Origin: a virus
Lineage: Duplodnaviria; Caudoviricetes
Virus record (IMG/VR): IMGVR_UViG_2576861453_000002
Strand: one strand, 5' to 3'
DNA: 64,000 bases
Shown here one piece after another: positions 8,962-18,851 of this stretch. Both the position numbers and the translations under genes were made by a program. Below the pieces are notes generated by a model. That model was not told the DNA's origin and did not search any database. It saw only the letters and a program-made list of their open reading frames with translations. Each line of letters begins with the position of its first letter. The first letter of the stretch is position 1.

Positions 8962-11366
8962 CAGACCCATCCTTTCAATTGCATAAAGTTATAAACAAAT
9001 TCCGCGTTTACTTCGGCACCCACATACAGGGCATAATCCGGCGCCATTGAACTGGATTTCGCTTGTGAGGGGTGTAAGTAGTCATAACGAAGAGAGCGAG
9101 GTGTCACGCCGTTTGTTACATCAGTAACATCGTCTGCGTAATCTGGGTTGTGGTGATTGATAAAGTTCTGCAACATATCAACACCATCAATCTGGCAATA
9201 GAATTCCGGGAATTGCTTCTTAAACGTATTATTCAATAAAGCAACTTGCCCCGCTCCGGTGCTTCCTGTCGTATCGGTTGCCCCGGGAAAGTCAGGCAAT
9301 ATCACTACACGCTTACCAATGCTCTTGAGGTACTTCACCATGTTAACGGCATTGCCAATTATTTCATCGGTGTAAGCAATATTATTCCGGCCCAGCCAAA
9401 ATATATTGATACATTCATCATGCCCATAATACACCGTTCCCGCCGGCGCACCGTTCGGGATGGGCTGCGTTGTCGTCGGGATAACATTGATGGGGGTCAT
9501 ATCTGTCACCGTTACCGCATCCCCAGCGGCGGAGCGGGCAAAGTACGGCGCAGAGCCATCCCAGATAAACGTCCCAGGGATACCCGCGTAGGTACAGGCA
9601 ATGCTGTTGGCTTCGGCCGGATTATAAAGAAAGCACGGCCCTTGTGCCCACTGTCCAGTTTTAGCCGTCAGCGGTACGTTCTGGACGTCTGCCGGAATGG
9701 TGCCGGCGGTCGGGACATAATAAGCCGGGTCGCCACCCTGGCGCGCAGCAACAGCCACAGACCGCGCAGAGCTGCGGCCGAAATTGTAGGCGTATAATCC
9801 GGTCAGCTCCTGCAATCGATTCATCATGCGGGCGTTTTCCATCATTGAATGCCCCCAACCGACTAATTTTAGCCTCGCGATATATGGATACGGGATTAGG
9901 TTTGTTTTATTAGCGTAAAATAGACCGCCCGGCGCATTGTCGGCCCGATCAGAGGTCCAAACTATGCGCTCGGTCCCGTCGATATGCGGGTTAGTCTCGT
10001 TTGAGTCACCCGATGTAATGGTCGTCTCGGTGTTATTATCCGTGTTATAAACGCGAATTTGAGATTTACCTGCACTGTCAGTCACTGTGAAGGGTGCTAG
10101 GGGATTGGTTTCGACAGTCGGGATAGTTTGGGATGCTTTATATGCCTCGTCCCATAACGATTTTTTCTTAAGCCATTCCTCAACATCAAAAAGCATGTTT
10201 TTATTGCTATCGACAAGCACAAACGGTTTTTTGTTAAGCTCATACTCTCCCGTTGAGGCAATATATTTTGACTGAGACGACAGAACGGTTATATTTTCTG
10301 ATGTCGCGCTATCGGGAAGTGAAGTTAAGTCAATGTCTTTCCCGCCCGCCGTCAGTTTCTCAATTGTCGCATTTTTCAGCACAATCGGCAGCAGATAGGT
10401 TTTAACGCCGTCCCGCGTCATCTCGATAATGTTATTATCATCATCAAGGAGAATGGATTGAACATTGCCGAAAAGCTCGTACTCTCCCGCTGCGCCGAAC
10501 TCGTCGGAAGAAAGAAACTTAGCCGCATCAGCATAACGGATCAGATTTTGCACGAAATATTCGGGAGGTATTGAGTCTGATGTAAAATCTACGCCGCCTA
10601 AAACTAGTCTGTCCCCTATCAACGCTGGCGCAGTCAGTGGCTTTTTGAAGGTGAATAAATCTCCGTCAAATTTTTGAAGTATGTTGCCCTGATCATCAAC
10701 CACAGCTAGAACAAGCCTTTGCGCTAGTTCATATTCCCCACCGTAATCAGGACTTGAATAAGCGGCCAGCTTGTTCAAGGTGGCGAGGTTGCTTATAGAA
10801 GCTTCTCCCACCGTTTTAGAAACAGCAGTCGCGGAACCGGCATCATTTAACCAGTACGTAATTCCATCGGTCGGAACATCGCTGGATGGCGTGGCAAAAA
10901 TATCTCCTGCGGACGTCGCGGCCAGACCGGTCGACGTGTCAGCGTAAAAACGTCCCGCAGCCATCGCAGAAGTTGCGGCAGACTCGGCGCGTTCGGCGGC
11001 AGCAATAGCAGCAACAGAAGATTCATTAGCCGCAGCTCGCATTTCTTCGACAGTTTGTATTATCACTGGCGTGATTTCAGACTCGCCCGGCGTTGTCAGG
11101 TAATCGTTCAACGTTCCGGGCAGGGAGTCATTAAAAACCGTGATTGTTCCAACCTTCTCCGGCGGCTGTCCGTACGCCTCTATAATGACTTCATGCTTGC
11201 CAGTTTGCGCCGTTAGCGAATATCTGCCATCACTGCCCGTTTCAGTAGTAGATGGCGCGTACTGCACTACCGCCGACGATGTTTTCACCGCACGCAAGGT
11301 AATGGTTACCCCTGCGCGTGGGTCACCATTTGGCCCTATTAATTTGCCGCTAATAACTACTGACAT
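8961..11366 (-). CDS. tail fibre/spike with Stf-like N-terminus and C-terminal SGNH hydrolase domain
   Basis: N-terminal VISGKLIGPNG…GTLNDYL; SGNH blocks GWGHS, GRSS, LGRNN, DYLHP. Confidence 0.8.
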   Translation of the reverse strand: MSVVISGKLIGPNGDPRAGVTITLRAVKTSSAVVQYAPSTTETGSDGRYSLTAQTGKHEVIIEAYGQPPEKVGTITVFNDSLPGTLNDYLTTPGESEITPVIIQTVEEMRAAANESSVAAIAAAERAESAATSAMAAGRFYADTSTGLAATSAGDIFATPSSDVPTDGITYWLNDAGSATAVSKTVGEASISNLATLNKLAAYSSPDYGGEYELAQRLVLAVVDDQGNILQKFDGDLFTFKKPLTAPALIGDRLVLGGVDFTSDSIPPEYFVQNLIRYADAAKFLSSDEFGAAGEYELFGNVQSILLDDDNNIIEMTRDGVKTYLLPIVLKNATIEKLTAGGKDIDLTSLPDSATSENITVLSSQSKYIASTGEYELNKKPFVLVDSNKNMLFDVEEWLKKKSLWDEAYKASQTIPTVETNPLAPFTVTDSAGKSQIRVYNTDNNTETTITSGDSNETNPHIDGTERIVWTSDRADNAPGGLFYANKTNLIPYPYIARLKLVGWGHSMMENARMMNRLQELTGLYAYNFGRSSARSVAVAARQGGDPAYYVPTAGTIPADVQNVPLTAKTGQWAQGPCFLYNPAEANSIACTYAGIPGTFIWDGSAPYFARSAAGDAVTVTDMTPINVIPTTTQPIPNGAPAGTVYYGHDECINIFWLGRNNIAYTDEIIGNAVNMVKYLKSIGKRVVILPDFPGATDTTGSTGAGQVALLNNTFKKQFPEFYCQIDGVDMLQNFINHHNPDYADDVTDVTNGVTPRSLRYDYLHPSQAKSSSMAPDYALYVGAEVNAEFVYNFMQLKGWV

Positions 11367-11431
11367 CGGTTTCTCCAGCAATACCCCGCAAAAGGAGCAT
11401 AGTTAATTAAAAGATATTGGCGACGAAGTGT

Positions 11432-12421
11432 TTAATAAATGCGGATTATTGACATATCGATGTGAGCTGAGCTTGTTACAGTAGAGCCACTATCTTGATA
11501 AACATACAAAGATACGGCCCGACCCTGTGTTAAATATACAGCACATGTTAGTTCAAATATCATATCAATGGGCCAGTAATCCTTTGATGTCTGCCCTATA
11601 ACGGCCTGCGCACTAGGAGAGGTTGAGCTATCAATTTTAAGGTACACGCTCGCCGTGGCTGGCGGACCTGAAAATCTTATGTGTGCTGTGAACAGGTAAT
11701 AACCTTCTTTGGGGGCAGTGTAATTTCCGCTTGAGTATGCATTTTCAGTATCAACAACTTTCGTAGAAAAGGTCACTTTCTTAAATGTTGTATTGGGAAT
11801 TGATAAACCAGACGATGTCTCTTTAAGAATAACCAATCCTTTGGACGTGTCGCCCGTTCCGCCTTGTGAAATACTGAGTGGGATCGTAAGTCCTGATAGG
11901 GATGTAATGTCGGAATTGTCGCCCGCTGATGCTTTCCCATCAAGTTCAGTTTTATCAGCTTTTTTATCTAACTCAGTATTGAAAACATCAGAGCCAATTT
12001 TATCATTAATAGAGTCGGTGATTTCGGCCATGCTTTTAATTGTGACTTGAGTACCGTCCGGCGCGGTCAGTGTAATGTCCCCTGCCCCGGTTAAAATCTG
12101 CTGCCAGCCGTCCAATTGCGATTGATAAAATGCTAATTGAGCAGATAAGCGGCGGGCAAAATCAGGAACGGAGTCAACGTAAAAAGAGAGTATCGCATAG
12201 GGCTGGTCAGTCAATGCTTCTCCCGGCGAAGTTACCAGCCTGAGCTGAGTGTTACTGTCAACCGCTTGAATTTCATAAGCGCGAACTGAACCTGAACCTG
12301 GTACCAGCAAAATCTGCCCAGGCCCGATACCATAAACATTATTGGCCCATTGCGTCCCTGTACCTGTCACGACAGTTGAGCTTTCCTCAGCATTTATTGT
12401 TCCTGCTTTATACCATGCCAT
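11432..12421 (-). CDS. tail fibre with C-terminal C1q/TNF-like domain
   Basis: MAWYKAGTI…VTGTGTQW fibre N-terminus; VTF…YTAPKEGYYLFTAHI…VYLTQG C1q-like signature. Confidence 0.75.
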   Translation of the reverse strand: MAWYKAGTINAEESSTVVTGTGTQWANNVYGIGPGQILLVPGSGSVRAYEIQAVDSNTQLRLVTSPGEALTDQPYAILSFYVDSVPDFARRLSAQLAFYQSQLDGWQQILTGAGDITLTAPDGTQVTIKSMAEITDSINDKIGSDVFNTELDKKADKTELDGKASAGDNSDITSLSGLTIPLSISQGGTGDTSKGLVILKETSSGLSIPNTTFKKVTFSTKVVDTENAYSSGNYTAPKEGYYLFTAHIRFSGPPATASVYLKIDSSTSPSAQAVIGQTSKDYWPIDMIFELTCAVYLTQGRAVSLYVYQDSGSTVTSSAHIDMSIIRIY

Positions 12422-12430
12422 GCGTTGACC

Positions 12431-13108
12431 TTATTGAAGTGAAAATTGATAGTTATCGTCATAAAATTGGGTTTCTATATAAAGCGACTTAGTCATTGAT
12501 ACAGGTAAATCCGGCGCACCGCCATTGTATTGGGCAACAAAATAAACCACTGGCGCGATTCCATCCGACGCCCCCATCCAATTATAAAAAATCGTCACAC
12601 CAATGTTGGGATCACCCGGGGAAGTCGGCTGATTCACTGCATACGAAAATCCGGAATACGCAGCGGCAGAAAAACCGCTAAGTCCGTTGATGTTATCGAC
12701 CCGTTTTATCTGTAATGGCAATGACGTGCCCGTATAGATGCATTTGCCTGACGCATCATAGAAGGCAATGCCCCAGCCAGAAGGATTAGGAACGTAATTA
12801 CCAAACACATACAAACGGAAACCATAAGTTCCGCTGGGGGTGCTATTATCTAGTATGACGTTAGCCACCCATTCAGAATTGTTAATTTCTAATGATGTCA
12901 GTGCCCCGACTTTATTGTCTGAGGTTGCCTTGATAAAAAGGATTGCTCGTTGACTCGATGGGATACCCGTTGCGTAGCTTTGTGTTATTCCTCCAGTCTG
13001 TGCGGTGACGGTCAAGTCAATGACTTTAACCAATACCATAGGGGTATATTGTGGCGACGCAAAAAAACTGCCGTCCTGTCGCCAAATTTCCATACCATAA
13101 TTTGCCAT
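12431..13108 (-). CDS. tail tip accessory protein
   Basis: YGMEIW and WGIAFYDASGKCIY motifs typical of genes after J in T1/phi80-like tails. Confidence 0.7.
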   Translation of the reverse strand: MANYGMEIWRQDGSFFASPQYTPMVLVKVIDLTVTAQTGGITQSYATGIPSSQRAILFIKATSDNKVGALTSLEINNSEWVANVILDNSTPSGTYGFRLYVFGNYVPNPSGWGIAFYDASGKCIYTGTSLPLQIKRVDNINGLSGFSAAAYSGFSYAVNQPTSPGDPNIGVTIFYNWMGASDGIAPVVYFVAQYNGGAPDLPVSMTKSLYIETQFYDDNYQFSLQ

Positions 13109-13110
13109 AT

Positions 13111-13389
13111 TTATCCCGCATACACTACCAGTTGAACATAAGCGGCATTCAAATTAGACCACGTAATGGTACTACCATTGATCGATACATTGGGTTGGTT
13201 AGCTGCTGCAAACCCATTTCTAGAAATTAACTCATATGTGAGTGTTTTATCGGGCGGAATGTCATATGACCTGTTGCCTGACGTTCCTCCGTTGTAATCC
13301 ACGATATCCATTAAATACGTTGGTAGAAACGAATTCACGACATCATAATCCGAGTTGTTGACGTAAATACTCGCACCGAATTCAGCCAT
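13111..13389 (-). CDS. small tail tip accessory protein
   Basis: 92 aa, coupled to J; VSINGSTITW motif. Confidence 0.65.
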   Translation of the reverse strand: MAEFGASIYVNNSDYDVVNSFLPTYLMDIVDYNGGTSGNRSYDIPPDKTLTYELISRNGFAAANQPNVSINGSTITWSNLNAAYVQLVVYAG

Positions 13390-16300
13390 TATTCTAAGTT
13401 TCCTATCTTGACTCGAATCGCATTATTTCCATCATAAACGCTGATTTTATGCGGCTCGATAGTCAGTCTCCCACCGGAGCCACCATTAATCTGAAAGTCT
13501 CCATCTTTAGTTAATTTCCAACCACTCTGCAGATCCACAAAATTTGTGGATTGAATATAGTTACCAATTTTCGCGTTAGTGATGCTTGCGTCTTCAATGT
13601 AAGCGCTATTTATGAAAACCTGACCACCTTGTGCGACAAAGGCCAAATCATAAGTTCCACTGTTAGCGTTGTAAATCCCGAATTGATCAGCATTGAACAG
13701 CACCAAGCTTTTTACTACCGAGCCGTTAGCCTCCGCTCCGATAGACATACCTGCGCCATAGTACGTCCCATTCAAGTTGACCCCTGCCTTTACGCTATAG
13801 ATTGCGCTTCCAGTGCCATCAGCATTAAAAACTGTCGTGGCCTTGGTTTCGATTGAGGCTTCATTTGCATTAAGCCTTGCCGTAACTAACTGCTGGTATT
13901 CGGCGAAAGCGCTGTTTGCATCAGCTTGGGCAGTTCTGACTTCAACTATCCCTGCGCGATTTTCCCCGTACTGCTGCCATTTTTGATAAACATCGGCATC
14001 ATTGGCTAAAGCATTTTCGATAATGGCGTCTGTATTGGTATCTATCTGACCAATAAGCTGGGCATATGTTTCGCTCTGCTTAATACTGTTATCGATATAG
14101 TCGATCATTCCGGCGGGATCGCTGTCAACTTCTCCTCTTGCCTCAACAAAGATTGATTTACCATAAGCATTTACACTTCGCACATAAAACCAGTAAGTAA
14201 TCCCCGGCTTTAAGCTATCCTTTATCCAATATGTCGCCGTTCCGAGATAATCTGCCTCAGATTCGATGTCATTTATATTGATAATTTCTTCACTCGAAAA
14301 CCAAAACTCAAATTGAGTCCCGTAAATTTTCGGCGCTGAAATATGAGGGGTTATGGTTATCTGAAAGAAACCCCCTTCTACTTCTATGGAAGTGGGCGCA
14401 GCGGGGGCGCCTATTACCATCTCAACCTGAGTCTCATCCCCAAGTCTACCCTGTTCATCCCTGCCACGTACGCCTACCAAGTAATCACCAACGTCTAGCC
14501 CATTGAAATAGTATTCAAGTTCAGCAGTGTTGCCCTTACTGACAAGCTTTGTTTCTCTGTATAGGGTGACATCAAACGTAATATTTCGGTTTACCGTTGC
14601 CGTGGTCCACGTGATTTTAGCCTGAGCCAAGGTACTGTCATTGATAGGGATAACCGTCAGATGCTCGATTGCAGGTATTTTGGTCGTGTTGTTTGTGGTT
14701 GGGTCTCCTTCAAATTGCGCCCCTTCATCCACTACAGACTCTTTTTGTGGCTCATGCTGTAAAGCCGTTACCGTGTAGGTTCCATCGTCTGTATTCTCAG
14801 CAATCGCCATGATGCGGAAATAGCGAGTTGCCAGGGTGGACTTAGATAGTGTGAAAATACCCCATTTCTTTATACCTGCCGGCTCGCTTTCCAAGGTGAT
14901 TATGCTGTCATTTGATTGGCCTATGACACGGATCTTCACCAACTTAGCCAAATCATTCAGATAAGAAAAATACGCTGTTTCATCGGCTGCAAGTTCTAAA
15001 GGCGCATCTAAGGTAACCTGCCGCCCGGTGAAGGCAATAACACGACCGCCCATTCTCGCGCTGGCGTAGTCATTATCTGCCACGGTGATTATATCGCCCG
15101 GCAGCCCCACTAATCCCTCACGCCCCGCATCGAAAACCACAGTTTGGGTTTCTAATTGTTCGGTCTTGAGGATCCAGCGTCCAACCCTATTCGCCTGCCC
15201 ACGCGACGTGCATCCGAAAGCTGTGACTTTGGTCACATTGAGCCCGTAGCGCGCTATCAGCGTGTCGTCAGAGACATACTCAATATCAGAAGACCAGCCG
15301 TTGTCCGGGTTAACCCATTCCACTTGAATAGCGGTATGGCGTGCCTTGCGCGCACTAGAGGAGTATTTGAAAGTCCCATCAACGACATTTGCGTTAGTGT
15401 ATTGCCAGACAGGATCGGATGGTCTGTCCTGAACGCAAGTCATCTGTAGACCATCCCAGATAGGCATGCCCCGGAAGCACGATGACAGGTCATAGAGCAC
15501 ATCGTATGCCTGCCGTTGATCGGTAATGTAAACGTTGCAAGTGAAACGAGGTTCTTGACCTCCGTACCCATCATCAACCAACACATCGCAATATTGGGCT
15601 ACGGCAAACATGGCGAACTTATCACATCCAAAGCTCCCCAGTCGTTTCCCCAGCCCGTAACGCTCGTTAGTCACAAGGTCATAGAAAACCCATGCCGGAT
15701 TGTTGGTCCATGCCAGCTTAAAACCCCCTGACCAAATTCCTGAATAGGTTCGCGTGTCAGGGTCGTAATTGTCCGGCACATTGACCATCAAGCCCTTCAT
15801 GTCATAAGTCCGGGTGGGTATGCCGCTGAACTGCCCTGTATAATCAATCGTGGTGCCGACTACTACGCTATTGGGGTAATTAAGCTTGGCGTCGATAATT
15901 TCCGTATAGCTGCTAAAATACGTGGAATTTTGAAGCTTGCTTGAAGTGCTATCCGGCTCAACTCGCACCAGCCTAAACGACCAAGGCGTATAACCGGGCG
16001 CATCGATAATGTGCGATTCGAGATACTGCCCACTGATTTTACCGTCGATATTCACCGTCTCTTCAGTGATCCACTGTTCGCTCTGGTTCTGAACCTGAAT
16101 CATGATATTGACGCTGGTATAGCCCAAGTTGCCGTCATCGTCCTGTTCTACTAACGATTGAACTCCAAGCGTTACACGCACCCTGTCAACATCGCTATCG
16201 GTAACTGTTTTTACAATGGGCGAAGCCTGTAGCAGGACCGTGCTGACCCCCACCTCATTTTCAATATCAGAGTAACCGGGCAGATATGTTTGGTCCTGCG

Positions 16301-16517
16301 TCCCAGGCGTCCAGCTTGCATCCACGCCTGAGAAATTGGCGTTACCGTTGGAATCAAGCACGGGCGTGTCGTTTAGGTAAAAGGATTTCAGTCCATCAAC
16401 AGGCCCGTAAATTGGCCCCTCAGATATGAGGTCGACAATTTGCAAACGTTGAGTTGATTTGAGATTGTCCGCTTTTTCTGTTGGAGTGCTTGCGCTACTG
16501 CTGCTTCCGCCACCCAT
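13389..16517 (-). CDS. host-specificity / central tail tip protein J
   Basis: DLISEGPIYG, WTNNPAW and FGCTSRGQANRVGRW motifs of lambda J. Confidence 0.95.
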   Translation of the reverse strand: MGGGSSSSASTPTEKADNLKSTQRLQIVDLISEGPIYGPVDGLKSFYLNDTPVLDSNGNANFSGVDASWTPGTQDQTYLPGYSDIENEVGVSTVLLQASPIVKTVTDSDVDRVRVTLGVQSLVEQDDDGNLGYTSVNIMIQVQNQSEQWITEETVNIDGKISGQYLESHIIDAPGYTPWSFRLVRVEPDSTSSKLQNSTYFSSYTEIIDAKLNYPNSVVVGTTIDYTGQFSGIPTRTYDMKGLMVNVPDNYDPDTRTYSGIWSGGFKLAWTNNPAWVFYDLVTNERYGLGKRLGSFGCDKFAMFAVAQYCDVLVDDGYGGQEPRFTCNVYITDQRQAYDVLYDLSSCFRGMPIWDGLQMTCVQDRPSDPVWQYTNANVVDGTFKYSSSARKARHTAIQVEWVNPDNGWSSDIEYVSDDTLIARYGLNVTKVTAFGCTSRGQANRVGRWILKTEQLETQTVVFDAGREGLVGLPGDIITVADNDYASARMGGRVIAFTGRQVTLDAPLELAADETAYFSYLNDLAKLVKIRVIGQSNDSIITLESEPAGIKKWGIFTLSKSTLATRYFRIMAIAENTDDGTYTVTALQHEPQKESVVDEGAQFEGDPTTNNTTKIPAIEHLTVIPINDSTLAQAKITWTTATVNRNITFDVTLYRETKLVSKGNTAELEYYFNGLDVGDYLVGVRGRDEQGRLGDETQVEMVIGAPAAPTSIEVEGGFFQITITPHISAPKIYGTQFEFWFSSEEIININDIESEADYLGTATYWIKDSLKPGITYWFYVRSVNAYGKSIFVEARGEVDSDPAGMIDYIDNSIKQSETYAQLIGQIDTNTDAIIENALANDADVYQKWQQYGENRAGIVEVRTAQADANSAFAEYQQLVTARLNANEASIETKATTVFNADGTGSAIYSVKAGVNLNGTYYGAGMSIGAEANGSVVKSLVLFNADQFGIYNANSGTYDLAFVAQGGQVFINSAYIEDASITNAKIGNYIQSTNFVDLQSGWKLTKDGDFQINGGSGGRLTIEPHKISVYDGNNAIRVKIGNLE

Positions 16518-16681
16518 GTTTTACTCCCATTAAATAAAGCTCGCTGAATCGAGCCGATGACTGATCAAATATCAGGATTTACTTATGTAGTGTAAGGTTT
16601 ACGTTAAGTGTTCGGCTCGCCCATGTGAGTGTGGACACGCTTATCACTGGGTGAATGGTTGGAAGCTGAGTTAGGAAAATT

Positions 16682-16903
16682 ATGCAAATTCATTCAAAAG
16701 CGACAGATGACGGCAGAATGATTGCTTTACAAGTTGCTTTCACTGCTTTGGTTGACCTATGGGGAAGGGATAGACCCGAACTTAAAAAAAAATTAATCAG
16801 CTTTTTAGAGGAAACGGGGATGGACCCTGAAAATAAACGTTCATCTGCTGCATTCTATGAGCTTATCGAAATGATAAGGGCACTCGAAGAACGACGCGGA
16901 TAG
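16682..16903 (+). CDS. small hypothetical moron protein
   Basis: 73 aa, AGGA RBS, antisense to the tail operon. Confidence 0.55.
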   Translation: MQIHSKATDDGRMIALQVAFTALVDLWGRDRPELKKKLISFLEETGMDPENKRSSAAFYELIEMIRALEERRG

Positions 16904-16970
16904 TGCCATCAGGGTTACGAATAGTGACCCTTCTTTTTTCTAAATCATATCTTGTTTTTTTCTTTTTCAT
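16863..16970 (-). CDS. 35-aa basic peptide
   Basis: AGGAGAG RBS; MKKKKTRYDLEKRRVTIRNPDGTIRVVLRVPLSFR (manual translation). Confidence 0.4.
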   Translation of the reverse strand: MKKKKTRYDLEKRRVTIRNPDGTIRVVLRVPLSFR

Positions 16971-17034
16971 ATTCTCTCCTGTGTTTCGGGCCATAAAAAA
17001 ACCCGCCGAGGCGGGTCAGTTATGGTGTTTGTAG

Positions 17035-17382
17035 TTAGGGGTACTGTATCAATCCATAATCAGTTTGGGCCTCAAACTCTACGGTAAGAAGCCGGTTTTT
17101 TCTGTCTAGATCCCACGTGAAGTCTTTCAGTCCGGTGACGCCATCTATTGCTAAAATTTCGGCTCGTAGGGCATTTATAGCGCCGTTAATTGTCAGATGT
17201 TTGCCCAATATGGACTGAAAATATGGCGTTCCAAAGTCTGCATCTAGGAACCATTCACCGCGAAACAGTGACAGCCGAAATTCTATCTGCTGTCTAACTC
17301 GTTCGGCACCATCCACATATTGCAAATCGCCACTTTGAAACACGATTTTCCCATCTGTAATTTTGATATCAATCATAGTCAT
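17035..17382 (-). CDS. gp25-like contractile-tail baseplate wedge/sheath-initiator protein
   Basis: VRQQIEFRLSLFRGEWFLDADFGTPY…ILAIDGV…TDYG motif of myovirus baseplate proteins. Confidence 0.75.
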   Translation of the reverse strand: MTMIDIKITDGKIVFQSGDLQYVDGAERVRQQIEFRLSLFRGEWFLDADFGTPYFQSILGKHLTINGAINALRAEILAIDGVTGLKDFTWDLDRKNRLLTVEFEAQTDYGLIQYP

Positions 17383-17419
17383 CCCGGCAATAAAAAGCCC
17401 ACCTGGGTGGGCTTCGGCA

Positions 17420-17698
17420 TTACCAATAGTAAACATGGGGTTTGCTGTTACCGAGCGGGAAAGCGACTCCATCGTAGTCACGACACCCTTGCATAATGGC
17501 ACGGCACAAGGCTTTGTTCTTGCGCCGGCGTGGGCGATTCATGAACAGATTTACCCACCAGCCGGGACTGTTGCCATAGTTAACAGGCCGGCGCGAGTAT
17601 GGTACGAACTCCCGACTTTTAACCCCTGGATAAACCGTGTAAAGAGGGCGAATTTTACCATCGCCCATGCGGTCTTTTACTTTGTTTTTTATGGACAT
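17420..17698 (-). CDS. small basic hypothetical protein
   Basis: 92 aa, AGGAG RBS, SPGWW…RPRRRK…KPHVYYW; terminator-like hairpin downstream. Confidence 0.65.
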   Translation of the reverse strand: MSIKNKVKDRMGDGKIRPLYTVYPGVKSREFVPYSRRPVNYGNSPGWWVNLFMNRPRRRKNKALCRAIMQGCRDYDGVAFPLGNSKPHVYYW

Positions 17699-17750
17699 TT
17701 TAGGCTCCTATAAGTTACCTAAAAAATGTCCTCCGCGTAGTAGTACATTG

Positions 17751-17981
17751 TCAGTCCTTATGCTTAAGCTCTGCCCTGCGTTCCTGCATATTCGCACCGA
17801 AATGTTGACGTTGGTTCCCACACATCCAGCATGAACAACGACAAGGTGTATGATAAGCCACGCCTGCGTTTCTAGGCGTAACCTGTCCAAATTGGCAGAA
17901 GCCAGAACTATTGTATTGGCCTCGTTTAGCCTTTAACCGCTTTTGATGGTGCCGTCGAAGGGCACGATTTCTGTTTGTCAT
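17751..17981 (-). CDS. small basic protein with CxCxCxxC motif
   Basis: 76 aa, Arg/His-rich N-terminus, TPCRCSCWMCGNQR. Confidence 0.65.
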   Translation of the reverse strand: MTNRNRALRRHHQKRLKAKRGQYNSSGFCQFGQVTPRNAGVAYHTPCRCSCWMCGNQRQHFGANMQERRAELKHKD

Positions 17982-18105
17982 TTCGTAACTCCCGAGTTAA
18001 AACAGGAGCGGCCACACCTTCGCATGACCGCCTGAACGGGAGTTCAGAATGATTAAGTTGTCTGTTCATAAGATGCCACCTTCATACTGGATAGCACTGC
18101 ATCGA

Positions 18106-18477
18106 TTAGCTCAGCTTGCGTAATTCCGCAGCGACCGAAAGAACATCGTGAATTCCTTGAGCGGCCTCCACTACATAGTCAGCCAGCCCCGGCACAGGCG
18201 TGATTGTCACCCCATTCATCTCAAGGAAAATCATTGCGCTCGCAATTGCAGTCCTTTTGTTCGCATCGTTAAATCCATGGCCCCGTGCTATCGCCAGGAG
18301 TAATGCTGCCGCAAGTTCAAAAGGGTCGTTTTTTTGGTCGTAAACGTGTAGATTTTCCACGCGAGCAACCATCCCCTCAACCAAACCGATATCGCGGTAA
18401 CCACTAAGGCCGCCAAACTCCTCTAACTGTCTATCGTGGATAGCTATCACCTGCTCTACAGTTAGAAAAAAAATCAT
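18106..18477 (-). CDS. doc: Doc (Fic-family) toxin
   Basis: HGFNDANKRTA Doc motif; overlaps the antitoxin stop codon. Confidence 0.93.
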   Translation of the reverse strand: MIFFLTVEQVIAIHDRQLEEFGGLSGYRDIGLVEGMVARVENLHVYDQKNDPFELAAALLLAIARGHGFNDANKRTAIASAMIFLEMNGVTITPVPGLADYVVEAAQGIHDVLSVAAELRKLS

Positions 18478-18698
18478 TTATCGGCCAGTTCTTCAAACAG
18501 TGCCTTGCTCTCAGGCTTGCTCATGACTCGGCCCAAAGCGGCATCAAATTTAGCCTGCTGCAAGGCGGCAAACTGTTCTGCACTGATAACCACCACATCA
18601 GGAGCCGTGCGTCGAGTGATGGTAACCGGCTGCTCGTTAGCTTTATCCAGCACATCGGCAAGCTTTGCTCTAGCGTCCGAATACGTGAATGTGATCAT
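18474..18698 (-). CDS. phd: Phd/YefM antitoxin
   Basis: TYSDARAKLADVLD…PVTITRR…VVIS. Confidence 0.92.
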   Translation of the reverse strand: MITFTYSDARAKLADVLDKANEQPVTITRRTAPDVVVISAEQFAALQQAKFDAALGRVMSKPESKALFEELADK

Positions 18699-18851
18699 GT
18701 GATTTAACTCCGCTGGATACGAAAACTACTCTTCAATTGTACAACTCAAGTGAGTGAGGCGTCAAATTGAGCAGCCGTATGCGTCAACTGTGCATGCGAT
18801 CATCCTCTTTTGCACCTATCACCGCGTCGTCAACTCTGGATAAAATAAAAA

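Noticed and set aside
8149-16517. Diversity-generating retroelement or invertible tail-fibre switch
   Set aside because: No reverse transcriptase, invertase, TR/VR pair or flanking inverted repeats were seen.
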